DNA from: an uncultured archaeon
Lineage (GTDB): Archaea > Asgardarchaeota > Lokiarchaeia > Sigyniarchaeales > SOKP01
Length of the DNA: 28,742 bases
NCBI GenBank assembly: GCA_964447495.1
Contig: CAYUTF010000037.1
Location: 1-28,742, forward strand
Direction: 5' to 3'
Shown: piece after piece, positions 1-9,213 of the stretch
How the letters are laid out: each line of letters starts with the position of its first letter
Numbering within the stretch: the stretch's first letter is position 1
Notes under the pieces: generated by a model
What the model saw: the letters and a program-made list of their open reading frames with translations, nothing else
Database searches by the model: none
Told to the model about the DNA's origin: nothing
Translations under genes and position numbers: made by a program

Positions 1-534
1 GAACTGGAATTTGCAAATCTTATAAAACAAATAGGAAACGTAAAAGAATTAGAGGTTAGAGAAGAAATTAAGTCATCAAACAATTTGATTAAAAGAGAAA
101 CTAAATACGCAAATCTTTACTTAGATATTGCTGTAGATGATGATATCCTTGCTGAGAGAGTAGTAAACGATTTAATTAGGCATATTCAATTTTCACGAAA
201 GAAAAATAAATACAAAGTTGGAGAGGAAATTTCCTTGGAAATTGGCACTGCAACCGATTATTTGAAAAACTACATCGAAACGAAGAAGGATGAGATTTCA
301 GATAAAGTTACCGCTACTACATTTACAATGAGTCAAAATAAGTTAAATAAAGAAGGCGATAAAGGATTTGGGACATTATATATCTGTCCTAATAAAGACT
401 GTTCTGCGTCTCTGAAAGATAATGTCTATTCCAAGTTAAAGAATAATAAGGATACAAAGTGCCCTTACTGTGGGTCAAAATTAAGCGAAAACACAATAAA
501 ATCCATATATTTCCTATTTAGTAAGGATAAATAA
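1..534 (+). CDS. ileS: Isoleucyl-tRNA synthetase (type 2), C-terminal part; 5' end lies outside the window
   Basis: The frame is open from base 1 (ELEFANLIKQIGNVKEL...). LYLDIAVDDDILAERVVNDLIRHIQFSRKKNKYKVGEEI matches the type-2 IleRS C-terminal pattern LDxxLxxEL..EG.AR..IR.IQ..RK. It ends with an extra CPxxxC...CPxC motif. Confidence 0.8.
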   Translation, partial: ELEFANLIKQIGNVKELEVREEIKSSNNLIKRETKYANLYLDIAVDDDILAERVVNDLIRHIQFSRKKNKYKVGEEISLEIGTATDYLKNYIETKKDEISDKVTATTFTMSQNKLNKEGDKGFGTLYICPNKDCSASLKDNVYSKLKNNKDTKCPYCGSKLSENTIKSIYFLFSKDK

Positions 535-583
535 CTTTCCATTTCTTAATTACCCTTTAATGTTATTTATTAACAAACTTCTT

Positions 584-1627
584 TTAATTCTTGATATTCT
601 TATAATAGTTCATCCAAGCATCACACATTTTTTTTAGTGTTTCTTGAATAGGGACTTTTTTTCCCCAACCTAATTCCGATTTGATTTTAGAATTGTCTCC
701 TATAATGATATCCTCATCGGTTCGTCTTAATTTTGTTTGTACATTCTCAATGACTTTTATTTTTTTTGATGAGAAACTTAATGCGATATCTAAAAGTTCT
801 TTAATCTGCATTTTTTGTCCTGAACAGATATGATAAACTTCACCTGGTTTACCCTTTGTACTAGCTAACCAAATGGCAGGTAATGCATCTTCAATATCCA
901 AAATATCACGATATGGTTGTAAATTTCCCACCTCAATTTCAGGTTTTGTGATACCTAATTCAATTTGAGCAACTTTTCTGATAAAGTCTGAAGCGGCGTC
1001 ATTAACCCTTCGGACACCTGTGAGGTTAAAAAATCTTAGATTAATACTCTCTATTCCAAAATTTATATAGTATTGACGACTAAGAAGTTCAGCCGCAATT
1101 TTACTAATACCGTAAGGATGAATTGCTAATAATGGGTCCGTTTCCTTCAAGGGGCGTCCTATATTCGTAGTAGTTCCAAATTCTGCTGCTGTACATGCTA
1201 AAATCACTCTTGTATCTATTTTATATTTTTTAATTGGTTCAAAGACATTTATTGTTCCAATTACATTCGTTTCAATTGTATTTATAGGATCCTTCCATGA
1301 TGGAATAATATAAGGCTGAGCTCCAAAATGGAAGAAGTATTTAGGTTTAAATTCTGAAATTATCTTCTCTAATAAAGAGTTGTTTTTTATATCACATTCT
1401 AGAAACGTTAAATTGTCGTTATTACTTTGAATTTGAAGTTTCTTTCCGAAAATTTTTTTCTTTTGTTTTTCAGTAAAAATTTCTATACCATTTGTATAAT
1501 GAATCAAATTCTTAAAGGATGAGTTAGGTCTATCTAAACCATATACGTGAAATCCTTTTTTTAAACACCAATCAATTAAATGAGAACCAATGAACCCATT
1601 TGATCCAGTAATTAAAATATTTTGCAT
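584..1627 (-). CDS. Extended SDR of the GDP-mannose 4,6-dehydratase family, Rmd-like (GDP-4-keto-6-deoxy-mannose reductase)
   Basis: Motifs ITGSNGFIG, HFGAQ, YGISK (YxxxK), RFFNLTG and VGNL...RD. The catalytic strand reads CTAAEFG. Confidence 0.8.
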   Translation of the reverse strand: MQNILITGSNGFIGSHLIDWCLKKGFHVYGLDRPNSSFKNLIHYTNGIEIFTEKQKKKIFGKKLQIQSNNDNLTFLECDIKNNSLLEKIISEFKPKYFFHFGAQPYIIPSWKDPINTIETNVIGTINVFEPIKKYKIDTRVILACTAAEFGTTTNIGRPLKETDPLLAIHPYGISKIAAELLSRQYYINFGIESINLRFFNLTGVRRVNDAASDFIRKVAQIELGITKPEIEVGNLQPYRDILDIEDALPAIWLASTKGKPGEVYHICSGQKMQIKELLDIALSFSSKKIKVIENVQTKLRRTDEDIIIGDNSKIKSELGWGKKVPIQETLKKMCDAWMNYYKNIKN

Positions 1628-1776
1628 TATTATTCCTATAAATTGAATTTACTTTACCAATGATTTCTGAAACGCTTAATGGTGAATTTAAAGTATATAG
1701 TACACATAAATTATAATTTATTATTTAAGATAAAGAATATTATTAAACATATTCAATCAACGTAAAATCTAATTTT

Positions 1777-2400
1777 ATGAAGAAAGTAGCTGTTTCATTA
1801 CATGCAACGGAAGACTTCTCACCCGAAATAATACGGAATATCATAGGATTAGATTATATTCATATTGATGTGATGGATGGGAAGTTTGTAAAATCCACTT
1901 GCTTAAATCTAAAAGTTTTTGATATCATCAAACAAAATTATAACATTCCTATTTTAGCTCATTTGATGGTAATCAATCCGATAGATTATATAAGTAAAAT
2001 AGTGGAAAAAGTTTACGCAATTTATTTCCATTATGAGAGTGTAGGAGATAAATCTAAATTAATTGAACTAATACATGAATCTAAAAAGAAAGTAGGGATC
2101 GCTTTAAATCCAAGTACATCAATTCTGAAAGTTAAAAATTTCTTATCAACTATTGAATTTGTATTAATACTTGGAGTAAATCCCGGATATTCAGGTCAAA
2201 AATTTATTCCTAGTACTATTGACAAAATTAGAAAATTAACTAAACTGAAAGATGATTATCATCAATTTCAAATTGCAGTCGATGGCGGAATTACTTTAGA
2301 AAATGTAAAATACTTGGATAAAGTTGATATAATTTCTAGTACGAGTGCAATTCTTAATGCCACTAATCCTAATTCAACAATTGAATTATTTAAGCTCTGA
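1777..2400 (+). CDS. rpe: Ribulose-phosphate 3-epimerase
   Basis: Motifs HIDVMDGKFV, AHLMV, VNPGYSGQKF and VDGGI. Confidence 0.9.
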   Translation: MKKVAVSLHATEDFSPEIIRNIIGLDYIHIDVMDGKFVKSTCLNLKVFDIIKQNYNIPILAHLMVINPIDYISKIVEKVYAIYFHYESVGDKSKLIELIHESKKKVGIALNPSTSILKVKNFLSTIEFVLILGVNPGYSGQKFIPSTIDKIRKLTKLKDDYHQFQIAVDGGITLENVKYLDKVDIISSTSAILNATNPNSTIELFKL

Positions 2401-2468
2401 TTTATTGACCCAAGAAATAAACAAATTTAACAGTGAATAACTAAAAATAAAACCTTTAAACCTTAATA

Positions 2469-3449
2469 TTATTTAACAATTCTCTTTTGAGTTTTTATCC
2501 AATCTATGTAATCACTTATTCCCGAGTGGATATCATATTTTGGGTCATATTTCAAAAATTTTCGTGCTTTAGTGATATCGGCATAACCTTTTTTAATATC
2601 CCCTGGTCTTGGGTCATTATATTCAACTTCAACGTTTGAATGCCCCCATATTTCTTTCATTGTATGCGCTAGTTCATTAATAGTAATTTTTTTATCTGAA
2701 CCGATGTTAAATACCTCACCAGCTGCATTTTTAGAAAGGGCTGCCTTAAAGTTAGCTTCTATTACATCTTTAATATACACAAAGTCTCTTATTTGTTCAC
2801 CATCACCATATATAAGAAGCTTTTCATTTCTTTGAAGATTTCCTAACCATTTTGAAATAACACCACTATAAGGAGACATATCTTGTTTAGGACCATATAC
2901 ATTTTGATATCTTAATGATATTGTATTTAATCCAAAAGTTTTCGAATATTGAAAGAGATACTTTTCTCCTGCTAATTTTGTAACACCATAAGGGGAAATT
3001 GGATTTGTAGGCATATCTTCCTTCATAGGCAAGGTTTTTGTTTCTCCATAAACTGCTCCAGATGATGAAAAAATAATTGTATCTACGTTTTTTATCCTTC
3101 CACATTCTAGCACATTAAATGTACCTGTAATATTTATATCATTACAAGAAAGTGGCATGATAATCGAATCGGGAACACTAGTAAATGCTGCTAAATGATA
3201 TATTATATCAATATCTTCACAAACTTTTAATAAAAAATTAAAATCTCTAATATCTGCTTTATAAAAAATAAATTTAGGATTTTTAAGAGCACTATTCACG
3301 TTTAAAATATTTCCATTAAATAAATTGTCTATTCCAATAACTCTTGCGCCAAATTGCAGTAATTCATCGATTAAATTACTACCAATAAAACCAGCAGCCC
3401 CTGTTACCAATACTTTTTTTTTCTCAAAACTCAAAATGGTTGCACACAT
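2469..3449 (-). CDS. NDP-sugar 4-epimerase (GalE/WbpP-like extended SDR)
   Basis: Motifs VTGAAGFIGS, SSSGAVYG, SPYGVTK, LRYQNVYGPKQD..PYSGVI, GDGEQIRDF and RPGDI. Confidence 0.88.
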   Translation of the reverse strand: MCATILSFEKKKVLVTGAAGFIGSNLIDELLQFGARVIGIDNLFNGNILNVNSALKNPKFIFYKADIRDFNFLLKVCEDIDIIYHLAAFTSVPDSIIMPLSCNDINITGTFNVLECGRIKNVDTIIFSSSGAVYGETKTLPMKEDMPTNPISPYGVTKLAGEKYLFQYSKTFGLNTISLRYQNVYGPKQDMSPYSGVISKWLGNLQRNEKLLIYGDGEQIRDFVYIKDVIEANFKAALSKNAAGEVFNIGSDKKITINELAHTMKEIWGHSNVEVEYNDPRPGDIKKGYADITKARKFLKYDPKYDIHSGISDYIDWIKTQKRIVK

Positions 3450-3466
3450 CTAATTTAATTCTATTG

Positions 3467-4120
3467 CTATTCTAATAGATATTTCATAACTTGAAAGCCT
3501 TCAGCATAATCAACATTTACCTGCATCCCACGATATCTTGCTAAGCTTTTAACATCCTCAATCCACTTTTCTCCACCAAATTTATCGTATTCTGTCTTAT
3601 GATTTCTGATTGCATCACACTTTTTCTCAATATATTTTGAGATATCAATATAAGAATTTGGATTCATCAATCCTCCAGCATATTGAGAATACAATTCATA
3701 GACGATTACATTATTTATATATCTCCTAGCCGCAGCTAATGAAATAAAATGAGTATATATGTGATCTTGATGGTAAGTATCTGGATTAGAGTGAGTGAAA
3801 ATAATATTAATATTATTTGAAATAATTAATTTTTGTAGTTCTGAGATAATTTCCTTATCAATTCTCAGTTGAGTAGCTGGGACATTCGAAAAAAAAATAT
3901 TTTTGTGGTTAACACCTAAAGAAGATAAACTTTTTAATGTAGTCTCATAAATCTCTTCAAAGTCCCGAACTTTTTCATTATTTATATCAGAATATACTCC
4001 ATTTGTGGTATGATAACAATAAATTTCATATTCAGGCTTCTTTTCAACAAAATGGCAAATTGCTCCACCACATCCTAATTCTATGTCATCTGGATGAGCT
4101 CCAATAAATAATATTCCCAT
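3467..4120 (-). CDS. PIG-L/LmbE family N-acetyl-sugar deacetylase
   Basis: Metal motifs GAHPDDIELG and HQDH, plus C-terminal YAEGF. Start moved to the ATG at 4120 (MGILFIGAHPDD), which has GGAG upstream. Confidence 0.88.
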   Translation of the reverse strand: MGILFIGAHPDDIELGCGGAICHFVEKKPEYEIYCYHTTNGVYSDINNEKVRDFEEIYETTLKSLSSLGVNHKNIFFSNVPATQLRIDKEIISELQKLIISNNINIIFTHSNPDTYHQDHIYTHFISLAAARRYINNVIVYELYSQYAGGLMNPNSYIDISKYIEKKCDAIRNHKTEYDKFGGEKWIEDVKSLARYRGMQVNVDYAEGFQVMKYLLE

Positions 4121-4322
4121 TTTAAAATCTCCTAACTTATTATTCTTTATTATTAGGTAAATTGTTGATTTAATTTTCTTAAATGATATCTCCATTAAAA
4201 ATTTAACATAAAACTTGGCTAAGAAGTAGTAAAGAACAGATTGCTAATGATAAATTTTACTATGAAAAATATATTAAATATCATAATATAAATTATTTAG
4301 TTGTTAATAAAAAGGGTTTTTA

Positions 4323-5300
4323 ATGGAAATAAAATGGAAAATACGAGATTATTTAGAATCTGACCGCGTGAACTTTATCGCTTGGAGAAATCTTGTCGAT
4401 AAGCGAAAAATTGAAGAAGATTTTTTCAATTGGCAATATTATTCAAATCCCTTTGGCCCCGTAGATACTTGGGTTGCAGATGATGATGAAAAAATTGTTG
4501 GTCAATACACTATCCAAAGACAAGAATATTTTTATTATGGTAAAAAAATTATCGGATCATTAGCTTTTGATCTTGCTACTCATCCGGATTATAGATATCA
4601 AGGGATGTTTACCAAACTAGGTTTTTATTCTTTAGCGGAAGCGGGCAAAAAAGACATTTGTTTTACTTTGGGATATCCTTGGGTTAATGGGATCGCAATT
4701 CCGGGGCATAAAAAGGTGGGTTGGACTCTTTTAGATAAATTAAAGATTTATGAGAATAATAATCTAAATAATTATAAATTTGAAAAGGTAAATGATTATT
4801 CTATTAGGGAATTAAAAAATTTTGATGATAGATTTGATGTTCTTGCTTTACAACATAAAAAAGATTGTCCCATTATGCTAAACCGCACAGGATCATACTT
4901 AAATTGGAGATATTTTCAAAAAGTTGGATATTCTTATTATTGCTGTGAAATCTTAGATAAAAGCGAAAATCTTATTGGTTTTTTTGTTTTAAAAATATAT
5001 GAGGAAGAAAATAAGAAAACTATACATATTATTGACTTCATTCTTCCTGATAGTAAAGAAGTTTATAGGAAATTATTAAATTTTACTTTTGACTTCGCTC
5101 TTAAGCAAAATGCTGATAAGATTAACCTAATCATAAATAGGAAATTAGGATTCTATGATTTTCTAAAACAAAATAGCTTTAAAGGACTTGCGAGATATTT
5201 TATACCCATTGTGCACGTCAATAATAATTCAGTTGATTTGAACAAAATGAATGATGTAAACTATTATTATTTCACTATGGGTGATAATGATATATTTTAA
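4323..5300 (+). CDS. GNAT-family N-acyltransferase, probably tandem GNAT fold
   Basis: Acyl-CoA motif A-like DLATHPDYRYQGMF, R...YLNWRY and C-terminal MGDNDIF, as seen in polysaccharide-locus GNATs. Confidence 0.8.
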   Translation: MEIKWKIRDYLESDRVNFIAWRNLVDKRKIEEDFFNWQYYSNPFGPVDTWVADDDEKIVGQYTIQRQEYFYYGKKIIGSLAFDLATHPDYRYQGMFTKLGFYSLAEAGKKDICFTLGYPWVNGIAIPGHKKVGWTLLDKLKIYENNNLNNYKFEKVNDYSIRELKNFDDRFDVLALQHKKDCPIMLNRTGSYLNWRYFQKVGYSYYCCEILDKSENLIGFFVLKIYEEENKKTIHIIDFILPDSKEVYRKLLNFTFDFALKQNADKINLIINRKLGFYDFLKQNSFKGLARYFIPIVHVNNNSVDLNKMNDVNYYYFTMGDNDIF

Positions 5301-5308
5301 TAATTAGT

Positions 5309-5998
5309 TCAAAAAATAAGCCCACCATTCAGATTAATAATTTGCCCAACTAAATATTTAGAAGAAATGATATAATCAACTACTTTAATTATCTCTTCAG
5401 GCTCTCCAAATTCTTTTAAAGGAATTTTTTCTTTAATTATTTTAATTATATTTTCAGATAATTTTAATCCCATACCTATTTTAAAGTACCCTAAAGCAAC
5501 AGCATTCACAAATATCTTACTTTTATGGAGGCATTCTAAAGCAAAAGATCTTGTAAATGCTTCGATCCCTCCCTTAGAAGAAACGTAATTTGTTGCACCA
5601 ATCATGCCCATTTTGTTTAGTACACTCGAAAAATTTATGATATGACCTCCATCAACCATTTTCTCATACCCATAACGACAAGACAAGAAAATTGATTTTA
5701 AATTACTATTTATAACAGTGTCCCATTCTTCCTCTTCCATTCTATAAATTAAATTATTTGCAATAGTCCCTAAAGCGTTGAAAATTATATTTAATAATTG
5801 AATATTCGAATATGTTCTTTCAACTTCTTGCTTTTTAGTAAAATCGCACTTTAAAATTGTAAATTTTGCTTCCTTGACGGGATAAATATTATTCCTTGAA
5901 GTATTATAGGTGAGAAATAGTTCATTTTCTTTTCTGTCATAATGTTCAGTTAATAAGCGTCCAATACCACCACTTGCTCCAACGATCATAATTTTCAT
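5309..5998 (-). CDS. Classical SDR, FabG/acetoacetyl-CoA reductase-like
   Basis: Motifs VGASGGIG, EEWDTVINSNL, INFSS, YVSSK, VNAVALG, IPLKEFGEPEE and GQIINLNGG. Confidence 0.85.
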   Translation of the reverse strand: MKIMIVGASGGIGRLLTEHYDRKENELFLTYNTSRNNIYPVKEAKFTILKCDFTKKQEVERTYSNIQLLNIIFNALGTIANNLIYRMEEEEWDTVINSNLKSIFLSCRYGYEKMVDGGHIINFSSVLNKMGMIGATNYVSSKGGIEAFTRSFALECLHKSKIFVNAVALGYFKIGMGLKLSENIIKIIKEKIPLKEFGEPEEIIKVVDYIISSKYLVGQIINLNGGLIF

Positions 5999-6246
5999 AT
6001 CTAATAACCTTTAATCAGTAAATCGGTTTAATAATTTTAATAAAAAGTTTAGTTAAAATTTAAAATTTTACATACTTTTAGAGTCTTCTGTTTATTTTTG
6101 TCCTAATTTTCAATTAAGGGAAAAAACGAAACCAATAATTATTCTTCATAAATCTAAAGGCAATAAAAAAATACTCTAAATTAGTAAAAAATAATAATTT
6201 TTTCATTTTTATTTTACTTAAAATAAGAATTAAGATAAGTGAGCAG

Positions 6247-7455
6247 ATTATTATTACAAGAAATCGAAGAAAAATAAATTATGTTACTTTATTTCTAAAA
6301 ACTCAAAATGTACATCTGATTAAAGAAATAGGGATGATACCAACCTATTTCAGCCGCTTATTTAATTTTAATGGAAAAATTATAACCTATAATAATGGAG
6401 ATTACCCTTTTTTAAAAACCTTCTGTCCTGGAGTCCAGTTACAATTTATTAAAAAAGCTAAAAGATTTAGTAAAATCATTGAAAGAAATGTGTTAAAATA
6501 TTTATTATTCAATGCAAAAAAAATCGATTTTTTAAATCTAACTCATTATATGGATGACGTTCCAATCTTTGGTGTTTTTTATAAATTACTTAATAAAAAA
6601 GGATTTCTATATTTGAAGTTGGATGTGCATGAATATTTTAAAAAAGTAGATCTATATCAACGAAATTACAGAAAGGCATCGTATAAAGGGTTCTTAAAAA
6701 TATTATACTTCTATCTAAGAATTCAGTTATACAAAGCTTTCTTAAAAAAAGTGGATTTGATAAGTGTTGAGAATAAAGCTTTAGTTACTTTTTTCAAAAA
6801 GAAATATCCCGAGCTTAAAAACAAATTTGTTTATGTACCGAATGGAATTGATGATTATTATTTTAAAAATTGTGGAATAAGTAAAATTCCTTTTCATGAA
6901 CGAGAAAATATAATTCTAAATGTGTGTAGAATTGGAACAATAGGAAAAATTTCTGAAATCTTAATGTACGCAATAGCAAAACTTAAAGACTTAAAAGATT
7001 GGAAGATCTTATATATTGGACCAATCGATAAAAGTTTTTATAAGATATGTGAAAACTTTTTTAAGATTTATCCTCATCTCAAGGAAAAAATTGAGTTTGT
7101 CGGTGAAGTATCAGATAGAAAAAAACTTTATGAAATATACCAAAAGTGCAAAATCTTTTGTTTAACAACATTTTATGGTAGTTTTGAAATAGTATTGGTT
7201 GAAGCGTTAACTAATGGGTGTTATTTAGTTAGTTCTAACATCCCAACTGCTATTGATATAACTAATAATGGAACTTTGGGAACTATCTATCAACGTGGAA
7301 ATGAAGATGACCTTGCTAAAAAACTTCAGAAAATTATTAATAACGACGACTTTATAGAACAACTTTATCCTAAAATTCTTAGGTTCGCTGAAAACAATTT
7401 CTATTGGAGTAAGATTATTCAGAAATTATTTAGAGAAATGTTAAAAAGAAGATGA
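6247..7455 (+). CDS. Glycosyltransferase family 4; true start uncertain and upstream of the ATG at 6334
   Basis: GT4 motifs VPNGID, SFEIVLVEALTNG and FYWSKI. The frame is open from 6139 and encodes NYVTLFLKTQNVHLIKEIG directly before MIP. Confidence 0.82.
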   Translation: MIITRNRRKINYVTLFLKTQNVHLIKEIGMIPTYFSRLFNFNGKIITYNNGDYPFLKTFCPGVQLQFIKKAKRFSKIIERNVLKYLLFNAKKIDFLNLTHYMDDVPIFGVFYKLLNKKGFLYLKLDVHEYFKKVDLYQRNYRKASYKGFLKILYFYLRIQLYKAFLKKVDLISVENKALVTFFKKKYPELKNKFVYVPNGIDDYYFKNCGISKIPFHERENIILNVCRIGTIGKISEILMYAIAKLKDLKDWKILYIGPIDKSFYKICENFFKIYPHLKEKIEFVGEVSDRKKLYEIYQKCKIFCLTTFYGSFEIVLVEALTNGCYLVSSNIPTAIDITNNGTLGTIYQRGNEDDLAKKLQKIINNDDFIEQLYPKILRFAENNFYWSKIIQKLFREMLKRR

Positions 7456-7600
7456 CTTTAATCATTATTACATTAACTCAATTCACGATTTTCTGTCTAA
7501 ATTTAGAACTTTCATTTGTAGACAATTGAAAAAAAGTATATACAACGACTTATTATTTCCACTCTACAGAAACAATTATTAATAAAACGAAATTACGAAT

Positions 7601-7698
7601 ATAATTAAAGAGATAGTTTTTTGAAGATTCTATTATTGAATCTTATCATAATTAAAAAGAAAGGATATGGTTTTTTGAAAATTCTACTAGTGAATCCT
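7601..7698 (+). repeat. Imperfect tandem duplication of the leader and first codons of the radical SAM gene
   Basis: ataattaaag-agatagttttTTGAAGATTCTATTATTGAATCTT versus ataattaaaaagaaaggatatggttttTTGAAAATTCTACTAGTGAATCCT; 20 of 24 coding bases are identical. Confidence 0.6.
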
Positions 7699-9168
7699 CC
7701 CTTACTTGATCTTTCAATGTATGGAAAATCACCGTTACTCAGTCCTTGTCCCGGAACAGGATTAAGTTATTTATGTTCATATTTGAAAGAACACAAATAT
7801 AATTGTAAAATTTATGATTTCTATTTTGATACATGGGATTATATTAAAAAAGTGCTAATCGAAGAAGATGCGGACATTATTGGGATAACGTGTTTAACTG
7901 AAGGGCGTTATAATGCGTTTAAATTGCTATCTCTTATTCGAAAAGTTAAAAAAGATACAATTGTAATTTTTGGAGGTCATCATTCAACATACATGTACAA
8001 GCAATTACTAAAACAATATGATATCGATTACATTGTACTTGGAGAAGGAGAGATAAAATTATTAAATTTAATTCGCGCAATTGAAGGTGAAATTCCTCTA
8101 GAATCGGTTGAGGGTATTGCTTATATAAAAGATGGTAAATTAATAGAAAATTCTATCAAAGAAAATTATTTTATCAAAGATTTAGATGCACTTCCATTTC
8201 CTTTTTCTAAAGATCAAGTGGATGAGATTTTTAAAAATTATCCATCAATACAACAATTACGGCCTCACTTATTTAAAAATATCCCCCCTGAGACATATGA
8301 GAACGGAAGGATTGTGTCTATAGTGACTTCTAGGGGTTGCCCTTTTAATTGTCAATTTTGTTCATCAACTCAATTTTGGGGAATAACATATCGCTTTAGA
8401 TCTCCAAAAAATATTGTCGATGAGATTGAATTTTATTATAAGAATTTTGGTTTTAGGTATTTTAATTTTGCTGATGATGCATTTACAATTATACCTATGA
8501 GAAGTATAGAAATTTGTAAAGAAATCATTAATCGCGATTTAAAAATATATTTTGATTGTACAACAAGAGCAGATAGGATTACAGATGAATTAGTAACTTG
8601 GTTAAAAAAAGCGGGATGTCTCTTTGTTGCGATTGGAGTTGAATCTGGTTCTAAGAAGATTTTAAAAACAATAAATAAAGGCATCACTCCTGAATCTGTT
8701 ATCAATGCTTTTTCGATTTTAAAAAAAAATCAATTACACGCATACCCCTTATTAATGGTTGGCAATCCTGGAGAAACAGATGAAACTGTTAATAAAACAG
8801 TAATTTTGATGAAAATTATCAAGCCAACAAATTTATCTGTTTCGAAAACAATGATTTTTCCAGGAACTGAATTGTATGACCTCGCTAAAGCGCAAGGCAT
8901 TATTAAAGATAATTATTGGCTCACATCAAAGCCCCCTCCTTACTACACGTATGAACATTCACTAAAAACTTTAATTAAGTGGGCTTTTCGAATTTCTAAT
9001 TATAACAAAAATAAATATCAATTAACTCTTTTAAATATATATCAAAAAATTCGAAGAATTTTAAAAGAAGTTTATGCATTGACTTTTAGAAAGACACGAC
9101 TAGCTCCAATAATTAAAAAAAACGTTAGAAAATTTAAAATACAAAAAATTCTGAATTTTCTTCTTTAA
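7675..9168 (+). CDS. Cobalamin-binding radical SAM protein (class B methyltransferase-like)
   Basis: N-terminal KILLVNPP, B12-domain motifs (ADIIGIT, IFGGHHST, VLGEGE), SRGCPFNCQFC (CxxxCxxC), FADDAF, IGVESGS and GNPGET. The start may be 7621 or 7675, both TTG. Confidence 0.92.
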   Translation: MKILLVNPPLLDLSMYGKSPLLSPCPGTGLSYLCSYLKEHKYNCKIYDFYFDTWDYIKKVLIEEDADIIGITCLTEGRYNAFKLLSLIRKVKKDTIVIFGGHHSTYMYKQLLKQYDIDYIVLGEGEIKLLNLIRAIEGEIPLESVEGIAYIKDGKLIENSIKENYFIKDLDALPFPFSKDQVDEIFKNYPSIQQLRPHLFKNIPPETYENGRIVSIVTSRGCPFNCQFCSSTQFWGITYRFRSPKNIVDEIEFYYKNFGFRYFNFADDAFTIIPMRSIEICKEIINRDLKIYFDCTTRADRITDELVTWLKKAGCLFVAIGVESGSKKILKTINKGITPESVINAFSILKKNQLHAYPLLMVGNPGETDETVNKTVILMKIIKPTNLSVSKTMIFPGTELYDLAKAQGIIKDNYWLTSKPPPYYTYEHSLKTLIKWAFRISNYNKNKYQLTLLNIYQKIRRILKEVYALTFRKTRLAPIIKKNVRKFKIQKILNFLL

Positions 9169-9213
9169 ATCTCCTAAAAATATTCTATTTCTCTTTTATC
9201 ATCTAATATTTAC

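Noticed and set aside
2887-3105. 72-aa alternate-frame ORF inside the epimerase
   Set aside because: Fully nested in a well-conserved gene and has no motifs.
8436-8705. 89-aa antisense ORF
   Set aside because: Shadow of the radical SAM core.
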